DNA of 64,000 nt from Tubulanus polymorphus (GCF_964204645.1 NC_134025.1:15909101-15973100), one strand, 5' to 3'. Positions 50,721-64,000 are shown, counted from the stretch's first letter. Notes: generated by a model not told the origin, from the letters alone. Numbers and translations are program-made.

Positions 50721-51343
50721 AATGAGTACTTCTGCAAAGGGATTCCTAGGCTTTCATTGACACTAACACATACCCCCACTGAATTCTTCTTGGAATTCAA
50801 AATAAAATGTGTTTCAAAGCAAGAAACAATGAATCATGTTTCATTGTTATAAAATTGATCAATAAAGTTCTTTTGAATTCGAGTAGAACCCACGTGCAAA
50901 ATGGATGGTATGACAAATGGGCATGCTTCAAATGATTATACAATATAATAATTTTCATTTCATTTTTTTTAACACTGCATGAACGAATATATTTATATTC
51001 AATGCGGATAGGATGAGAGCAGTGCAGAGCCCAGCGTGTGTGCGTGTGTGCGCAGAACTGTTGTCACGACGCATGTAAGTTTATGTATACTACGTCTACA
51101 TACTATTGATTGTATATACTATATACGTGTACAGCACCACGTGCGATAAACGGTTTCTGAGAAGAAGAATATAAACCTATGTTATTTCTGCGACGTGCTC
51201 ACCGCGGCCACGTATTTAGTGAAAATGTTCAGTACGCCTAATCTGATTTTCAACCAAAAATCAGTTACTTAAGACAAAAATTGACTAATTAGGCCTATAC
51301 TCGTAAATACAATGGGTATAGACAGACACTTTCTCTCTCTTAA

Positions 51344-51980
51344 AGGGGAACTGCAGTCAAAAATTATAATTGGCCATTCATTTCTACTCTTGTTGTTGTT
51401 TAGCATAATGCTAGTTGAAATTTCCAATTCTTCCTAATTAACTTGTATACAACAATTTTGATACTGTTATCAGCAGAATTTACGGCAGATGAGAGCCGCC
51501 ATATCTAAATCCCGAAGTGAGGCATGTAAACATTGATGACGTTTCCCGACCCATCACACACTCCAGTGTGTACACAAATAGATACACTCACTGAAGATCT
51601 CAGTTGAAAATTGCGATTAAAATACTCCTGCTGGGAATGCCAGTGGGGTCTTTCCTTTTATTTATCCACTCACTGTGTGAAACATATCCAAATAATTGCT
51701 AACGTGGCATCATGCAGCAGTTTAGAACTGTTATTGGACTTAAAGTGATGAAAACACTGTGAATAGCAGTAGTAACACGTATCGAAGTGGGCCGAAATAC
51801 GTCACAGCCGAGAGAAAACGTCTGCTACGTGGAGAAAATGGTGGCGGCCAGTCACTCTACAAAACCCTCTTTTTTGGATAAAGTATTAGATGAAATGTTT
51901 TTCTGCTGTTTTGAAAATGTATTTATAAAGGTTTCTAACACATATAAATACAAAAAAAATTTTTCCACTGCAGTTCCCCT
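51344..51980. mobile_element. Kolobok-like MITE
   Basis: 14-bp TIR aggggaactgcagt/actgcagttcccct, TTAA TSD, RR 5' end. Confidence 0.82.
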
Positions 51981-53250
51981 TTAACCATGGCAGACAATAC
52001 GTTTCATGATGGCACCGCCATGATTGATCGCACGTGTTAATGATTTTCGCACAGGATTTTCGAAAGCTGTCACTGCCACAAGTAAGATAATTTCAACAGT
52101 TTATAGAAAAAAACTTGACTTACCGAGCACTTGCCGCGAGCGATGTAAATGACGTAGTTGATTGTGACATACTGTGCATGAATCTGGCTTTATTGAAAGT
52201 TTGGCCCGATAAAACGCGTTCGGAAAAATGATGACGTTTTCTTGATAATTCGATACGCCACCACAACAATGAAACAAGCTTTCATGTAACATATCAACAA
52301 TTAGGCCTACATAAATTCATTTTATAACGAACTATTTAATTGCGTCATCTGCCTACGTAGAAGTTAATCCCCGTTCATGGAACCGGGCGCTTATGGATAT
52401 ATTTAGCTGATGACATCCATTTCCGATCGGGGTGAACAGCTTACCTGCCCCAATCCTCACACTGAATTTCATGTAAGTCATTTCTGAATTGAAATAATTG
52501 TAGACATCATCGTGAAAAAAAGAAATTCAATTTATCTGGCCTGTTGGCCACATCTGATAGCTCATACCCCTATATAGGGGTGGATATCTCACCTGCACCA
52601 ACCCTCACACTGAAATTGATGAAAATACAAAGTGGAATGCAGGCTATATCGAGCTAACAAAAATTCCAAGATGGCCGCCCTGATAGAAGTGGATAACTTA
52701 CCTGCCACGATCCTCCCACCAAATTTTATGAAAATCCATCCGTCAAGAAGCATAGGCTGTAGGCTGTATCGCGCTTACCATGAATTCAAGATGGCTACCC
52801 TGGCGGGAATTATTCCAATCAGTAGTCTTTCAGTATGTATGGTAAATCTACCTAAGTACCTACCCTAGTTCTATCTCGGATCGTTCCTTTCACAATTGCA
52901 TTCAATTCCAAGATCTACAAAAGATAATGTGATATGTACGTTAGTACGTCAAACTACCTCGATTGTGTCCTACCAAGGCAGGGATTCGAACTCTATGGAA
53001 TCGCGAATTACTAGCTAGCATACGCACGGCACAGCGCACAGCATTAACCAATCAGAAGATTCAACTAGAAAGAATCTTTCTTTGTGGTCGGGTTAGCAAC
53101 AAGTTGGACCAGAGACATTTAAACACATTATTATTCGAAAATGGAATTATTAAATTCATGGAATCAATTGTAAAGCTGAAAAAAGAAAATGATAGATAAT
53201 TTGTTACCTAGCAGTGCGGGTTAGCATAGAACGTGTGATTCAGCTGTTAG

Positions 53251-53357
53251 CACTGACCGAGGCTACAATATTGTAACCTAGGTCGGTTCACTGCACAACT
53301 TTTTTTGTAAACACTGACCGAGGCTACAATATTGTAGCCTAGGTCGGTTCACTGCAT
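53251..53357. repeat. Two tandem ~61-bp palindromic units
   Basis: cactgaccgaggctacaatattgta(a/g)cctaggtcggttcactgca x2. Confidence 0.8.
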
Positions 53358-54767
53358 GACCTTTGCTTTCGATTACTGGCCCAACCCCAGTCGGTTGTTT
53401 TTACAGTATTTGAAGTACTGGCCAATTGAATGTTACCATAAATAAACAGTATTTTGAAGATGTGGGGACAGAGAGAATCTGTTTTTATTTCGTCTTGAGA
53501 AGGTCCTACTGTTCGCTATTCTGTGTCAAAATATGAATTGAAATATAAAGGATGGAGTTAGTTTCCTTTCCCGAAACTGTATTTATGCTTTTAATCATGA
53601 AGGATAATTGTGTTATAGCAATTATAGTGATAACCTACGACAGTTTCAAATTCACGTATTAGAAAACGACAATTATCTTTAAATTCCAAATTTTATTTGG
53701 AAAGCGGCGTTTATGCGCACAATTCCTAAAATGTAAGAATTCCGAAAACTAGGGATTCACACGGTTAGAATGTTAACTAAATAAGTTTCGTCCGAGCAAA
53801 TGATTACTATAAGAAACTAACGGCGAAACTTCACGGGTTGGTGCGGTCTGTGCGCTGCATGAACGGGTTTTTGGTATCAAATGTAAAATACCGGCCGTGT
53901 ACATGTTCGGATTTGTACCGATACATTGAGTTTAGTTCAATTTTTGGATCATTATAGTTTAGGAGCTCTGTGTGACGTCACTGAGCGCGCTGATCAAAAA
54001 TAGTCTGCACACTGTGAGAATCACATGTTACTTGGTTTCAAAGGACAGTGTGCTAATTGACTATACATGAAAATGGGCTTGACCAAAATTTTCTTCCTGA
54101 TAGAGGAATGTATAATCGCACTGATATAGCTGTCTTGCTAGGTTGAAGGGTGTTTGAACTTCGCCGAATTCAGTTAAAATTCAATGAAATACCATAATTA
54201 ATAAAATCTTATTGACGGAAATTTACCGCTATATTAAAGTTATTTTTCAGTGCGTTTTAAAATTATATTGAATTCATCGTTCGAGGTCAATGATGGCGCA
54301 AACAATTTAAATTGAGTCCAGTTGGGAGAATATTCCCTTACTTTAGGGTGATTTAGTATTTTATGAATCAAGAAATTACTTACAATGGACTAATTTTCCG
54401 CTAGCAGCAAAACAACACACTGTTATCTGAACTGTCAATCATTACGCCGTGTCTAGTTTAACAAGTAGATATAGACTAAAAAAGGATGCGTGGTTCCCAC
54501 GCGAGAACCAAACAAGACGGTTGTTAGTGGACGTACTCAAGTTGGATGGTCAGGAGTCAACAACGGTTTAAATAATTTATAAAAACAGATGTAAGCAGCT
54601 GTAAACTTGTGAACAGAGGAAATATCAACATATATACACAATTGTGTCTAACTTTCTCCTGTCTGGTTTTATGTTAAATATATCCCGAACAAAGATTTTG
54701 TTTGAATAAATATTCAAATATCATTCCGGAAGAGCAATGCGGCCAACAACATTTTATTTTGAGTTTG

Positions 54768-55825
54768 ACTAGGGGTCCAGGGACACCATGCCCACTTGGG
54801 AAGTGGTTTCAAATGCTCAACAATCTAACAATTTAAACATTCAACACCCCCTGGTGACCATTTACAAAACCAATGACCTTGAAACTCACAACAATCATAG
54901 AACATGTCAGCAGCTACGATTTTGTAATTGATTGTGATAACAAAATATGCCTCGTTACCAATTTAATATGGAAATACTAAGTCATTCTAGTATTCAACGC
55001 CCCCTGGTGACCATATTCAAAAGGTACGAATATAATAAAGAAATGCTAAGATATTGTATTATTCAACGCCCCCTGGTGGCCATATACAAAATCCAATTAC
55101 CTTGAAACTCACCACAATCATAGAACACGTTATGAGCTACAACTTTCTAATTGATTGTGGTAGCAAAATACGCTATAGGTATAAATATAGGTATCAATAT
55201 AATGTGGAAAAATTTTTTCCCACTTACGAATGAGTACTGGTGACACCAAGATGGCCGCCAATTGCGTCATAATTGGCTGATGAAAAATACCTGTCTCAGG
55301 TATAAAACATCCCTTTCCAAAGAATACCCATCACAAATTGTAATGAGAAATGGCAAACCAGTAGGAAGCTGCAGGACTCAGAATTCGGGCCAAAATTAAC
55401 ATTTTTCGGCACTAAAAAGGTCATAGGACGGCCATCTTAAATCCGACCGACCCAATTTTTGTTATGTTGATGAGCCCTGGGGGGATTCACATATATCCAA
55501 AAGATCAAGGTAATTGATCGAAGCGTCTTCAAAATTTCCCTCAAAACGTTCAAAAATGTGTAAAAAGTGAAAAAAGTGCTGATTTTGGCGAACAACAATG
55601 GCTGCCAGTCGGCCATCTTGATTCTGACAGGGCCAGTTTTTGGGCTGAAGATGTGTCTAGGGTAGATACATGTGTAACCAAAATATCAAGACATTACCTT
55701 GAAGCGTCTTCAAAACTTCCCAAAATAACTGGATTTCGTCTACGGACGGGGGAACGGACGGACGGACGACGGACGAAAAGTGAACGCAATAGCCCGCTGG
55801 GACTAAAGTCCCAAGTGGGCAAAAA
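54768..55825 (-). mobile_element. HINE/DINE-1-like non-autonomous Helentron
   Basis: subTIR gcccacttggg at both ends, 5' hairpin, (gtcc)n microsatellite, internal ~150-250 bp repeats, and a 3' stem-loop ending ctagt. Confidence 0.8.
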
Positions 55826-56379
55826 AAAACATGTTGACTCGGTAAGACGGTTGTTCGATTTACCGGGTGCGCACTACTATGTTTTAAATGGGTATGAAAA
55901 CGGAGTCGAACCAAGAACAGCAATTAAAGCTTGATGTCTCGTTTCCCTCACAGATGACATATATCAGAATCAGTTTTCTCAAAATCTGTTTCTTACCGAA
56001 GTCGTTGATTCGTGCTTGAATACGTACATAAGATTTTACAAATGAACACAAAGATATAACAAGAATTGAGGTCTTTCTGGTCTTTGAGGTTATTCTTTGA
56101 CAAGTCGAATCGTTTGGAACTAAGAAAAATCCTCAGACTTAGAAAAGTCTGACTTAAGTTGAATTTCCGAAAAGTACGACTACTAATTGTTTCTGTTATC
56201 GGAAATTAAATCAACATCTACATCTAATGTATCTATTGATACGAAACGGTTTTAGGACCCTAGATTGATTGAAAGTTACGGAGAGGGAGGCGGGGTAGCT
56301 CTATCGCATTAAAACATTATTGCTCATTTATACAGATGGCATTCATCCATTTAGCTCAAACAACAAACACACTTCCGCG

Positions 56380-56930
56380 CAGAAAAATACCAAGGCTATA
56401 TATGCTTAATCACGTACTTTCTCTAATTCTAAACCTCCAGAAAATAAAAAAACACATTTCAGAATTCATTGTAGTTCCGTATGTACCTGTTTTGGAAAAG
56501 TTTCGTCACTCTCTCCCTTTATTGGATAGACAAATCATTTTCACGTATGAAAACAAAATTAGCAAGACTTTGGTAAAAACAATCAATCTAAACCTTTGGA
56601 CTGCGGAGTTTACAAAATTCCTCGTTTTGGCGGCTGTGATAAAATGTACTTTGGAGAAACTGGTCGTGATTTAAAAACTCGAATTTCGGAACACATAAAG
56701 GATATAATAAATCAAAAACCGGCTAGTGGTGTAGCCAAACACTGGTCATCGTTTTAATTTTGATAAAGCCGAAATTATTTATACTTCCAGCAATTACACT
56801 AAACGCCACACAGTTGAGTCTGCCCTAATTACTCGTCACTCAGATATTAGTACCAATTTAAATAATGGCTTTTCTCCTCACAATTCCCTTCTTTCTAAGT
56901 ATATTACTTCATGCCTTGCCAAACACTAAT
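56380..56930 (+). pseudogene. Penelope-like element 3' fragment (GIY-YIG endonuclease)
   Basis: VPYVP...GVYKIP..C.KMYFGETGRDLKTRISEH...VAKH...FNFDKAEII...KRHTVESALI across frameshifts. Confidence 0.82.
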
Positions 56931-56994
56931 TAGTTACTCACTCACCAATTTACTCAATTAACCTGTTCTCCTCTGTATATGAATATCATGTATG

Positions 56995-57329
56995 AGCCAT
57001 ATCTGGACATGTCAAAATTTATTAGAACTACTATAGCAAGATTTAGGTGTTCAAGTCATGATTTATAAGTGGAGACTGGCAGATGGACGAGACCTCCATT
57101 ACCGTATGCTCACCGCACATGCTCCCGGTGTAATATTAATGCAGTTGAAGACGAATATCATATCGTTTTGATATGTCCCTTTTATGATAACCTTAGGTTA
57201 GAATATATCAACTCGAGAGACTGGAACAACCCAAATACAGCGAAATTTTCTATTCTAATGCGTAATAACAATGATTTTTCAAACCTTTCGAAATTCCTTA
57301 AGAAAGTTTATATACTCAGGCAACCTTAA
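56995..57329 (+). pseudogene. Non-LTR retrotransposon ORF2 C-terminal CCHC fragment
   Basis: IARFRCSSHDL*VETGRW...RTCSRC...VEDEYHIVLICPFYDNLR. Confidence 0.8.
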
Positions 57330-57449
57330 CTTATTATGTAATCCACATACCACATACATGTATCAATGTTTGTTCTATGTTATATTGTTTCCCGCCATTT
57401 ATGCTTGTATATCGATTTTTGTCTTAAAGTTTATAACTTCGGCAATAAG

Positions 57450-57453
57450 TACA

Positions 57454-57485
<32 letters not shown>

Positions 57486-57843
57486 CACGCACGCACACTC
57501 ACGCACACTCACGCACACTCACGCACACTCACGCACACTCACGCTCACTCACGCACACTCACGCACACTCACGCACACTCACGCACACTCACGCACACTC
57601 ACGCTCACTCACGCTCACTCACGCTCACTCACGCTCACTCACGCTCACTCACGCTCACTCACGCTCACTCACGCTCACTCACGCTCACTCACGCTCACTC
57701 ACGCTCACACTCGCTCACACTCGCTCACACTCGCTCACACTCGCTCACACTCACACTCACACTCACACTCACACTCACACTCACACTCACACTCACACTC
57801 ACACTCACACTCACACTCACACTCACACACACTCACACACACT

Positions 57844-57881
<38 letters not shown>

Positions 57882-57893
57882 CATATATATATA
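57450..57893 (+). repeat. Compound CA-rich microsatellite
   Basis: (gcac)n-(acgcacactc)n-(acgctcactc)n-(acactc)n-(ca)n-(ta)n. Confidence 0.95.
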
Positions 57894-57915
57894 CCCCTGT
57901 TTTTAGTCAATATCT

Positions 57916-57955
57916 CACACCTGACGATGATCTCTAGTGTGAGATCGAAACGTCT
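57916..57955 (+). ncRNA. Minimal hammerhead ribozyme core of a Penelope pLTR (helix I 3' strand apparently lost)
   Basis: CTGACGA-t-GATCTC-tagtgt-GAGATC-GAAAC-GTC lies downstream of a PLE endonuclease on the same strand. Confidence 0.65.
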
Positions 57956-60738
57956 TACATTTTAGATTGCTTACATTTTAGATTGTTTCTCGATTTTAGA
58001 TTTCTTTTAATTTTCAAATAGTGGGTTTTATCTTACATCTGATAATATCATCATTTTTTATGCATGTTGCTTGCTAAAAGTCACGAATTATGTCATCTTA
58101 TATGTAGGTACGCAGCTTAGTAAAAGTCAGATTATTCAAGATGAATATTGGGAAAAACAACACGGAAAATTTGAAATTTTTGAAACGATTTAAGCTTTTC
58201 AAAATCAGAATATTGAAGTATTTCATTAAATTTTGCTGTTAGCAAGGGGGACATTTACCTAGAGGAGATTTTTACCGGGGGGGGGGGGGGGATATTTACT
58301 GGGGGATTTTTCCGAAAATAAACCATTTTAATGACAAAAATAATCAAAAATCATGTTGGACCTATACTTGAAAAGCTGCATTTAATCTTCCAATTGAATT
58401 TTCATTAAATTATTGCCATGAAATAAAGGCAATTTCGATTAATCTTAAAACTTCAAAACTTATCACATTATACATACAGATTTTAATTAGCTCGATGGTT
58501 ATCGGTTAGAGTTTTATCGCTCATATATTTCACATCCTCAAAGAGCATATTCAGAATATTTTAACTGCCCTGAAAACTATATTGCGTTTGCATACAGTTT
58601 TGCACTACTGTTTATACGCTGTTTATATTATCACGTATCACTGCAAATCTGAAGCATATGTCGCTATTTATAACAGGGAATCTGGCAAGCGAATCCAAAC
58701 TGAAAAGAAGAGAGTGGCATTTGGAGAGTGGCATGATCGCAGGGGGGGGGGCAGACTTGAAATAAATGCCATTGAGTAATTCAGTGAAATGTTCCAGAAT
58801 CTAGTTTTTGGAAAAAGGGCCACAGGTGCATAAGGCACAAAAGGGGTGTGGTCTTTGAAGAATGAGATGCGTTTAGGTGCTTTCTGAGCTCTTTCTTAGT
58901 TGAAATTAGGAATGTTATATGCTCACAATTTCAGGCATGTTTTATGTAAAAAAGATAATAACGATTACAATAGATTCAAGGAGGCTAAGATTATCTAATG
59001 TATAAAATGAAGGTTAAAATCTATCTAAGCCCACGAAATGTTGAAGAATTTCAGAATGTAACGCTATGAAGAAATACGACAATAACGGTTTTACACTGCA
59101 GGTATCCTTTAACAGCAGGCGATGAAAAAAATTATGTTCAAGCGTCAGAAAAATGGATGAGGGTCTGGCCCCATGTCTCTGTATTGTTCTCTGAATCCAA
59201 GAACATGTCTATCGCACATTTGAGCCTAAACGTCTACTTTTACTTAGTGGCCACTTAAGATTTGCGGTGATACGTGACAACATGAACACACTGAGAGACT
59301 AGTGGAAAATTCTGTACTCACGCTATAGTTTGGGATATAGTTGTATTTTGAGTGACTCAGTTAAGCTCTGAAGATAGTCTTACAAATTGTCATTGGTTAT
59401 GGAGTTTTACGATGAATCGAAATTTCCTTCTTTTTATGGCGATATTAGTTTAATGAAGAATTCGATTTTAACAAATGCAGCTATTTTCAAGCATGTCTGC
59501 ATTCATATTTTGATTTAATTTCTTAAATTAGAAGCGTAATCATAAATTCAGGCTAACCTCTCATTATTGAAATGGTGGTTTATTTTCAACGGGGTCTGGA
59601 TGTCTTTGCATCATAAATTTAGATGTGCATTTTGGAGTGTTCGAACCTCCCATGATTTTATATTAATTTCGCTTAAATGTTGATTTAAAAAAATAAAATA
59701 TGCTGTATCTATAATAGATTTATGTGGATCTATCAATGCATTCTAAAGAAATCTTCCGAACTGAGGCCGAATTTAATAGAAATAAGAAATTTCGTATAGT
59801 ATTCAAGATTTCATTTGGATTACGGTAACGGCCTTTGGTGATCTTCGTGGGGAACTCTTTATATGATAACATGTGTTGAGATGAAACCGCAACGTTTTGA
59901 CTGTTGACTAAAAGCCATCATCAGGTGGAATGTAGACATTCCAGTGATTTGAGCTTTAAGTCATATGGCAGTCACTGAAAATCCGAACGTTGTCGTGGTT
60001 TAATTTTGATAATTAAATGTCATCGTATAAAATTTTATTGCAGGGAATTTCTTCATTTATCGGATTAGTGTTCTATTCGACTACTTCGGGTCATGTAGTC
60101 GTTTAGATAGAAAATTATTTACTTGTCGCCACGGAAGGTATATGCAACCGTGTCAGTCGCTATGGGAGAGATTCTCTGTATATCGGCATCTTAAATCGGC
60201 ACCTTTGTTGGTACTAGCCTACATTCACTTCCAATTTAACGAATTGGTAACGTTATTCTTACCATGAATGCACTTCTGTCGTAGAATATGGTTGTGATGG
60301 AATATGTCCATCAGTCGTTTTCTATGTTGTAACTGGAGGGTGCTGCCCCCTCTCTCTCTCTCTCTCTCGAAAAAACAGAACAATAGGTGATTGTGTTAAT
60401 ATCTTTTGTCCGCCTTTTTACTGGTTTTTGGGCTCTCAGAGTCGATATTTGGAGGAAACTTCTACTGTGGAACAGGCAGAATAGGACCTCGTTACATCTG
60501 GTGGCAGCGTAGTGGGATTTGATTGTGAAAAAACCAGTTGAAATTGAGTTGAAGCGGTGAACACGTTTTTCTCCGTTTAGTCTGTGTAAATTACGGTTAC
60601 TTTTTGTGTGTACTTAACGTATTTTTTTACCTACTTCGTAATTCCTAGTACATATTTAGTATTTTTAAGTGCCTGTTTCCCCTACATTTATTTGCGGTCC
60701 TGTATTTTCTGTGTCATTTATATAAAAGAATAGTAATT

Positions 60739-61857
60739 ATGTCGGATGTCGAGAATGATGTGTGTGAGCCCTTGGCCTTATCTAGGCCTATGTCACCAAC
60801 GGCCGGAGCTGCACATCATGACCTCCTGGTTAGTGGGGAGGGTAGCCTCTCGTTAAAACCAAAACGTGGCCGTCCAACGAAGACAAAAGCCGAAAATTTG
60901 AAAACATCTGAGGATTCCATCCTCCAGCGACTGACTGAAGTGATGGAGAGGGTCGTGACGAGAGATGCACCCACCCCGAAAATGCACAATATTCCGGCAC
61001 CCAAGCCCTATACCATGGGTCACAATTTCCGCGTTTGGCTCGAAAGGTTTGACGCGTTCGCTGACCTGGCCCAGATTAGTTCTCGCATCAACGGGGGCGA
61101 ACAGCGTAAATCACACCTGATGATGCGACTTGACCATGAGGCATACCAGGCTGTCTCGAACCTACGTCTCGACTCGAGCCTGTCGTATGATGATTTCTGT
61201 CGGCGGCTATCATCCCGTTTCCAACAAACAAAGACTGTGGATGACTTTAAGATGTTGTTGAAAGGGAGGGACCAAAAGACAACTGAATCTGTGGAACGCT
61301 ATGCCGACGAGTTAGCAGAACTGGCAAGGAACGCATACCCTGGCATTGCCTTCGAGCTGCAGGATGAATTGGCCAAAGACCAATTCCTTAAAGGTAATAG
61401 CCTACCCGTCTCAGCGAAGCAGTCAATGTATGCGGCCCAGCCAAGTTCGTTGGCTGCAGCAGTCGCTCAAGCACGGACTCTGGAAACAGCGAGACGGTTG
61501 ACTGAGGGCACGACTCATAAACAAAAAGTATCCGTTAACCAGACCCAGCTCGACTCGACTAGCTCAGCCATAACCAAACAACTCGACGAATTGAAATCGA
61601 TGATGGGAACGCTGATGACTCGAGTAGGCCATTTGGAAGCAGTTGTCTCTGGTAATGGCAATCGTCGACCGCCCGCCGATGACAAATGTTGGCGTTGCAG
61701 GGATGCAGACCACCCCAAAAACTTGTGCCCACAAGTTAAATGCTATAATTCCGGGGGGAGTGGTCACTATTCAAGTAACTGCCACCTACCTAAGGGAAAC
61801 CAGGGAAACGAGAAGCGGGGTTTTCAGGGGGGCAGTGGAAACCCCATCAGGAAATAG
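60739..61857 (+). CDS. gag: Gag
   Basis: WLERF, RDQKTTESVERYADEL.ELA..AYP, LAKDQFL.G and two zinc knuckles (one degenerate). Confidence 0.88.
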   Translation: MSDVENDVCEPLALSRPMSPTAGAAHHDLLVSGEGSLSLKPKRGRPTKTKAENLKTSEDSILQRLTEVMERVVTRDAPTPKMHNIPAPKPYTMGHNFRVWLERFDAFADLAQISSRINGGEQRKSHLMMRLDHEAYQAVSNLRLDSSLSYDDFCRRLSSRFQQTKTVDDFKMLLKGRDQKTTESVERYADELAELARNAYPGIAFELQDELAKDQFLKGNSLPVSAKQSMYAAQPSSLAAAVAQARTLETARRLTEGTTHKQKVSVNQTQLDSTSSAITKQLDELKSMMGTLMTRVGHLEAVVSGNGNRRPPADDKCWRCRDADHPKNLCPQVKCYNSGGSGHYSSNCHLPKGNQGNEKRGFQGGSGNPIRK

Positions 61858-62039
61858 TCCCCCCTGTACCGCTGTATATACCCCCCGCAAGACGTAGGAA
61901 AAATCGGATGAATATGGCAAATGGTCTAACGTGCTATGCAAGTAGAGATGCACCTATTGATGGTTACCATCATACTAGCCCCACCACCGTGAGACCATCA
62001 AACCATATTCAAATGATATCGAGACCATCAAACCATATT

Positions 62040-64000
62040 CAAACGACACCTCAAGATGGATATGTGGTTGCTGGCCCGACATGTGATTCTAGCGGAGATA
62101 CACCTACTGATGGTCCGCATCCTACTAGAACCATCACTGTTAGACCACCACAAAATACCCAAAGTATAGAAGAAAATCGACGTGACCCTTCGGAGAACAG
62201 TGAGGCTCCCAGTCCGGCTACGGAAAACACAAACATCGGAACAGTGAGGCTCCACGCCTCGGGCCTTTTCTGTGATGCCGTAGTAAATGACCATTCGAAA
62301 GCGGTGGTACTCCTGGACACTGGTGCCTCCTGCACAATCATTAGAGGTTCGGTATGGGACTCTAGTAGCCCGACTGGTGAAGCCGCTGCACTGAGGCCAA
62401 TCGAAGGAATCGTGACAACGGCTACCGGTCAGCCAATGGAGTTACGTGGATTAGCTGATGTATGTCTGAGAGTTGGAACTGAAGAATTTCATGTCCCCAT
62501 GATCGTCAGTGAGGATTTGGCACAAGACTGCTTGCTTGGAAGTGATTTCTTCGAGAAATATGGCTGCAACATAGATTACCGTAACAAAGTGCTCCGCTTC
62601 GGAAGCCTCAGCGAGGTGCCTGTCCGCCAGAGCCCCAAACGCGCGAGCGCTTGCAGGGTGTTCATCAGTAAGAGCCAAATCATTCCAGCTGGATCCGAGG
62701 TGGTGGTAAATGGATACATGAAACGGAGTTATGCTCATAATAATTCGACCCCAGGGATGATCAGCAGCTGTGAACAGAATAATTTTTGCACTGGGAAAAC
62801 ACTGGTGGTACCGGAGGCAAACCAGATACCGGTTCGGCTGGCTAACTTCTCGGATGAGGCTTGTAGAGTCGACAGGGGCAAGACTATTGGTCTATTCTGC
62901 CCCCTACGGTCAGTTGACATCATGACTGTCGACGACCATGCTCAAAACCCGTCAACTCCAAAAATCCAGCTGCAGGGTGGTGACAATACTGAATTCATGG
63001 ACCTCATGAGAGAATTGAAAATCGACCAGCTTGAAATCCCCACTGACATAAAAACACAGCTTGTTGACATCATACGGGAGCACAAGTCAGTATTCTCGAT
63101 GGGAGACTTTGACATGGGAGAATTCGAGATTGACACCGGTGACCACCCACCGATAAAACAACATCCCCGTCGGCTACCCCCCGGTAGGAGAGCTTGTGAG
63201 GGGACGACCAAGGAGCTTTTAGAACACGACTTGATCCGGCCATCCACCAGCCCGTGGTCAAGCCCAATAGTTCTAGCGAAAAAGGCCGATGGTTCCCTGC
63301 GTCTATGCTGCGATTACCGCCGACTCAATGACGCAACAGTCAAAGACGCTCACCCATTAGGTCGAATAGACAGTACCCTAGATGCTTTATCGGGCGCAAC
63401 CTGGTTCTCGTCCCTCGATTTAACCAGCGGATACTGGCAGGTCCCAATAAAGGAATCAGACAAACATAAGACCGCATTCACGACTGAAAACCATCTATTT
63501 GAGTGGAATGTCATGCCGTTTGGAGTCTGTAATGCCCCGGCGTCATTCAGACTGATGCCAATGGTACTGGATGATGTTGCATGGAAAACATGCCTTATCT
63601 ACCTGGATGATGTAGTGGTGTTTAGTCATGATCTACCAACCCATCTGACGCGATTACAAGAGGTATTTCTTTGCTTTCAGAAAGCCGGTCTCAAGCTAAA
63701 ACCGAGGAAGTGCTCGCTTTTCCAGCGGCGCCTCAAGTTTTTGGGGCATGTAGTAAGCGAGGCCGGTGTCGAAACCGACGGTGCCAAATGCGATAGAGTC
63801 AGGGATTGGCCGACCCCAACGTCAGTTACCGAACTGCGTAGTTTCCTTGGTCTTGTGACATATAACTCGCAATTCATCAAGGATTTCGCCGACTTGACAG
63901 CCCCGCTACACCGCCTTACGAGGAAAAATGAACCATTCGTCTGGACATTCAAGCAACAACTAGCGTTTGACGGACTGAAAGAAAAGCTGACCAGCTCCCC
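62040..64000 (+). CDS. pol: Pol (aspartic protease + reverse transcriptase), partial
   Basis: LLDTGASC at ~62310, SPWSSP, RLCCDYRRLN, LDLTSGYWQ, MPFG and YLDD at 63600. The protease and YLDD motifs are in the same frame. Confidence 0.9.

Larger units (their letters stand above)
36400..51220 (-). mobile_element. Helentron (endonuclease-encoding Helitron), decayed and split by two insertions; ends approximate
   Basis: Colinear minus-strand remnants of a C76-like protease, DUF6570-like region, Rep HUH, PIF1 helicase and AP endonuclease. Confidence 0.85.
60328..64000 (+). mobile_element. Ty3/Gypsy LTR retrotransposon, 5' part (continues beyond the window)
   Basis: Putative LTR 60328-60496 (tgtaac...gttaca), PBS tggtggcagcg at 60499, then gag and pol. 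Confidence 0.88.

Noticed and set aside
57271-57965. His/Thr-rich ORFs of ~200 aa
   Set aside because: Translation of a stop-free CA-rich microsatellite.
60816-63952. Minus-strand ORFs over Gypsy gag/pol
   Set aside because: Antisense shadows of the plus-strand polyprotein.

Overview
Eukaryotic, AT-rich DNA, probably from a marine invertebrate (inferred from GT-AG introns and the TE families). It consists almost entirely of nested, mostly decayed mobile elements, and no ordinary host gene is recognisable. From left to right: (1) an apparently intact ISL2EU/PHIS DNA transposon (spliced THAP-DDE transposase convergent with a spliced YqaJ exonuclease). (2) A ~20-kb degenerate Polinton/Maverick (5954-~26115) with capsid, protease and integrase remnants plus dNK, dUTPase and PC4-like accessory genes. 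It is interrupted by a 7.1-kb foldback element, a HINE and a hAT remnant. (3) A cluster of small spliced minus-strand genes, including an RPA-like OB-fold gene, head-to-head with an intron-bearing DIRS-like tyrosine-recombinase retroelement (gag/RT/RH/MT/ALOG-YR). This is the best candidate for an under-described system. (4) A Helentron (C76-like protease, Rep, PIF1 helicase, AP endonuclease) split by a TIR element and by a Gmr1-type Gypsy that itself contains a HINE. (5) MITEs/HINEs, Penelope and LINE 3' fragments with hammerhead motifs, and a second Gypsy that runs off the window. All domain calls are by-eye motif recognition, not database searches. Coordinates marked ~ are approximate.
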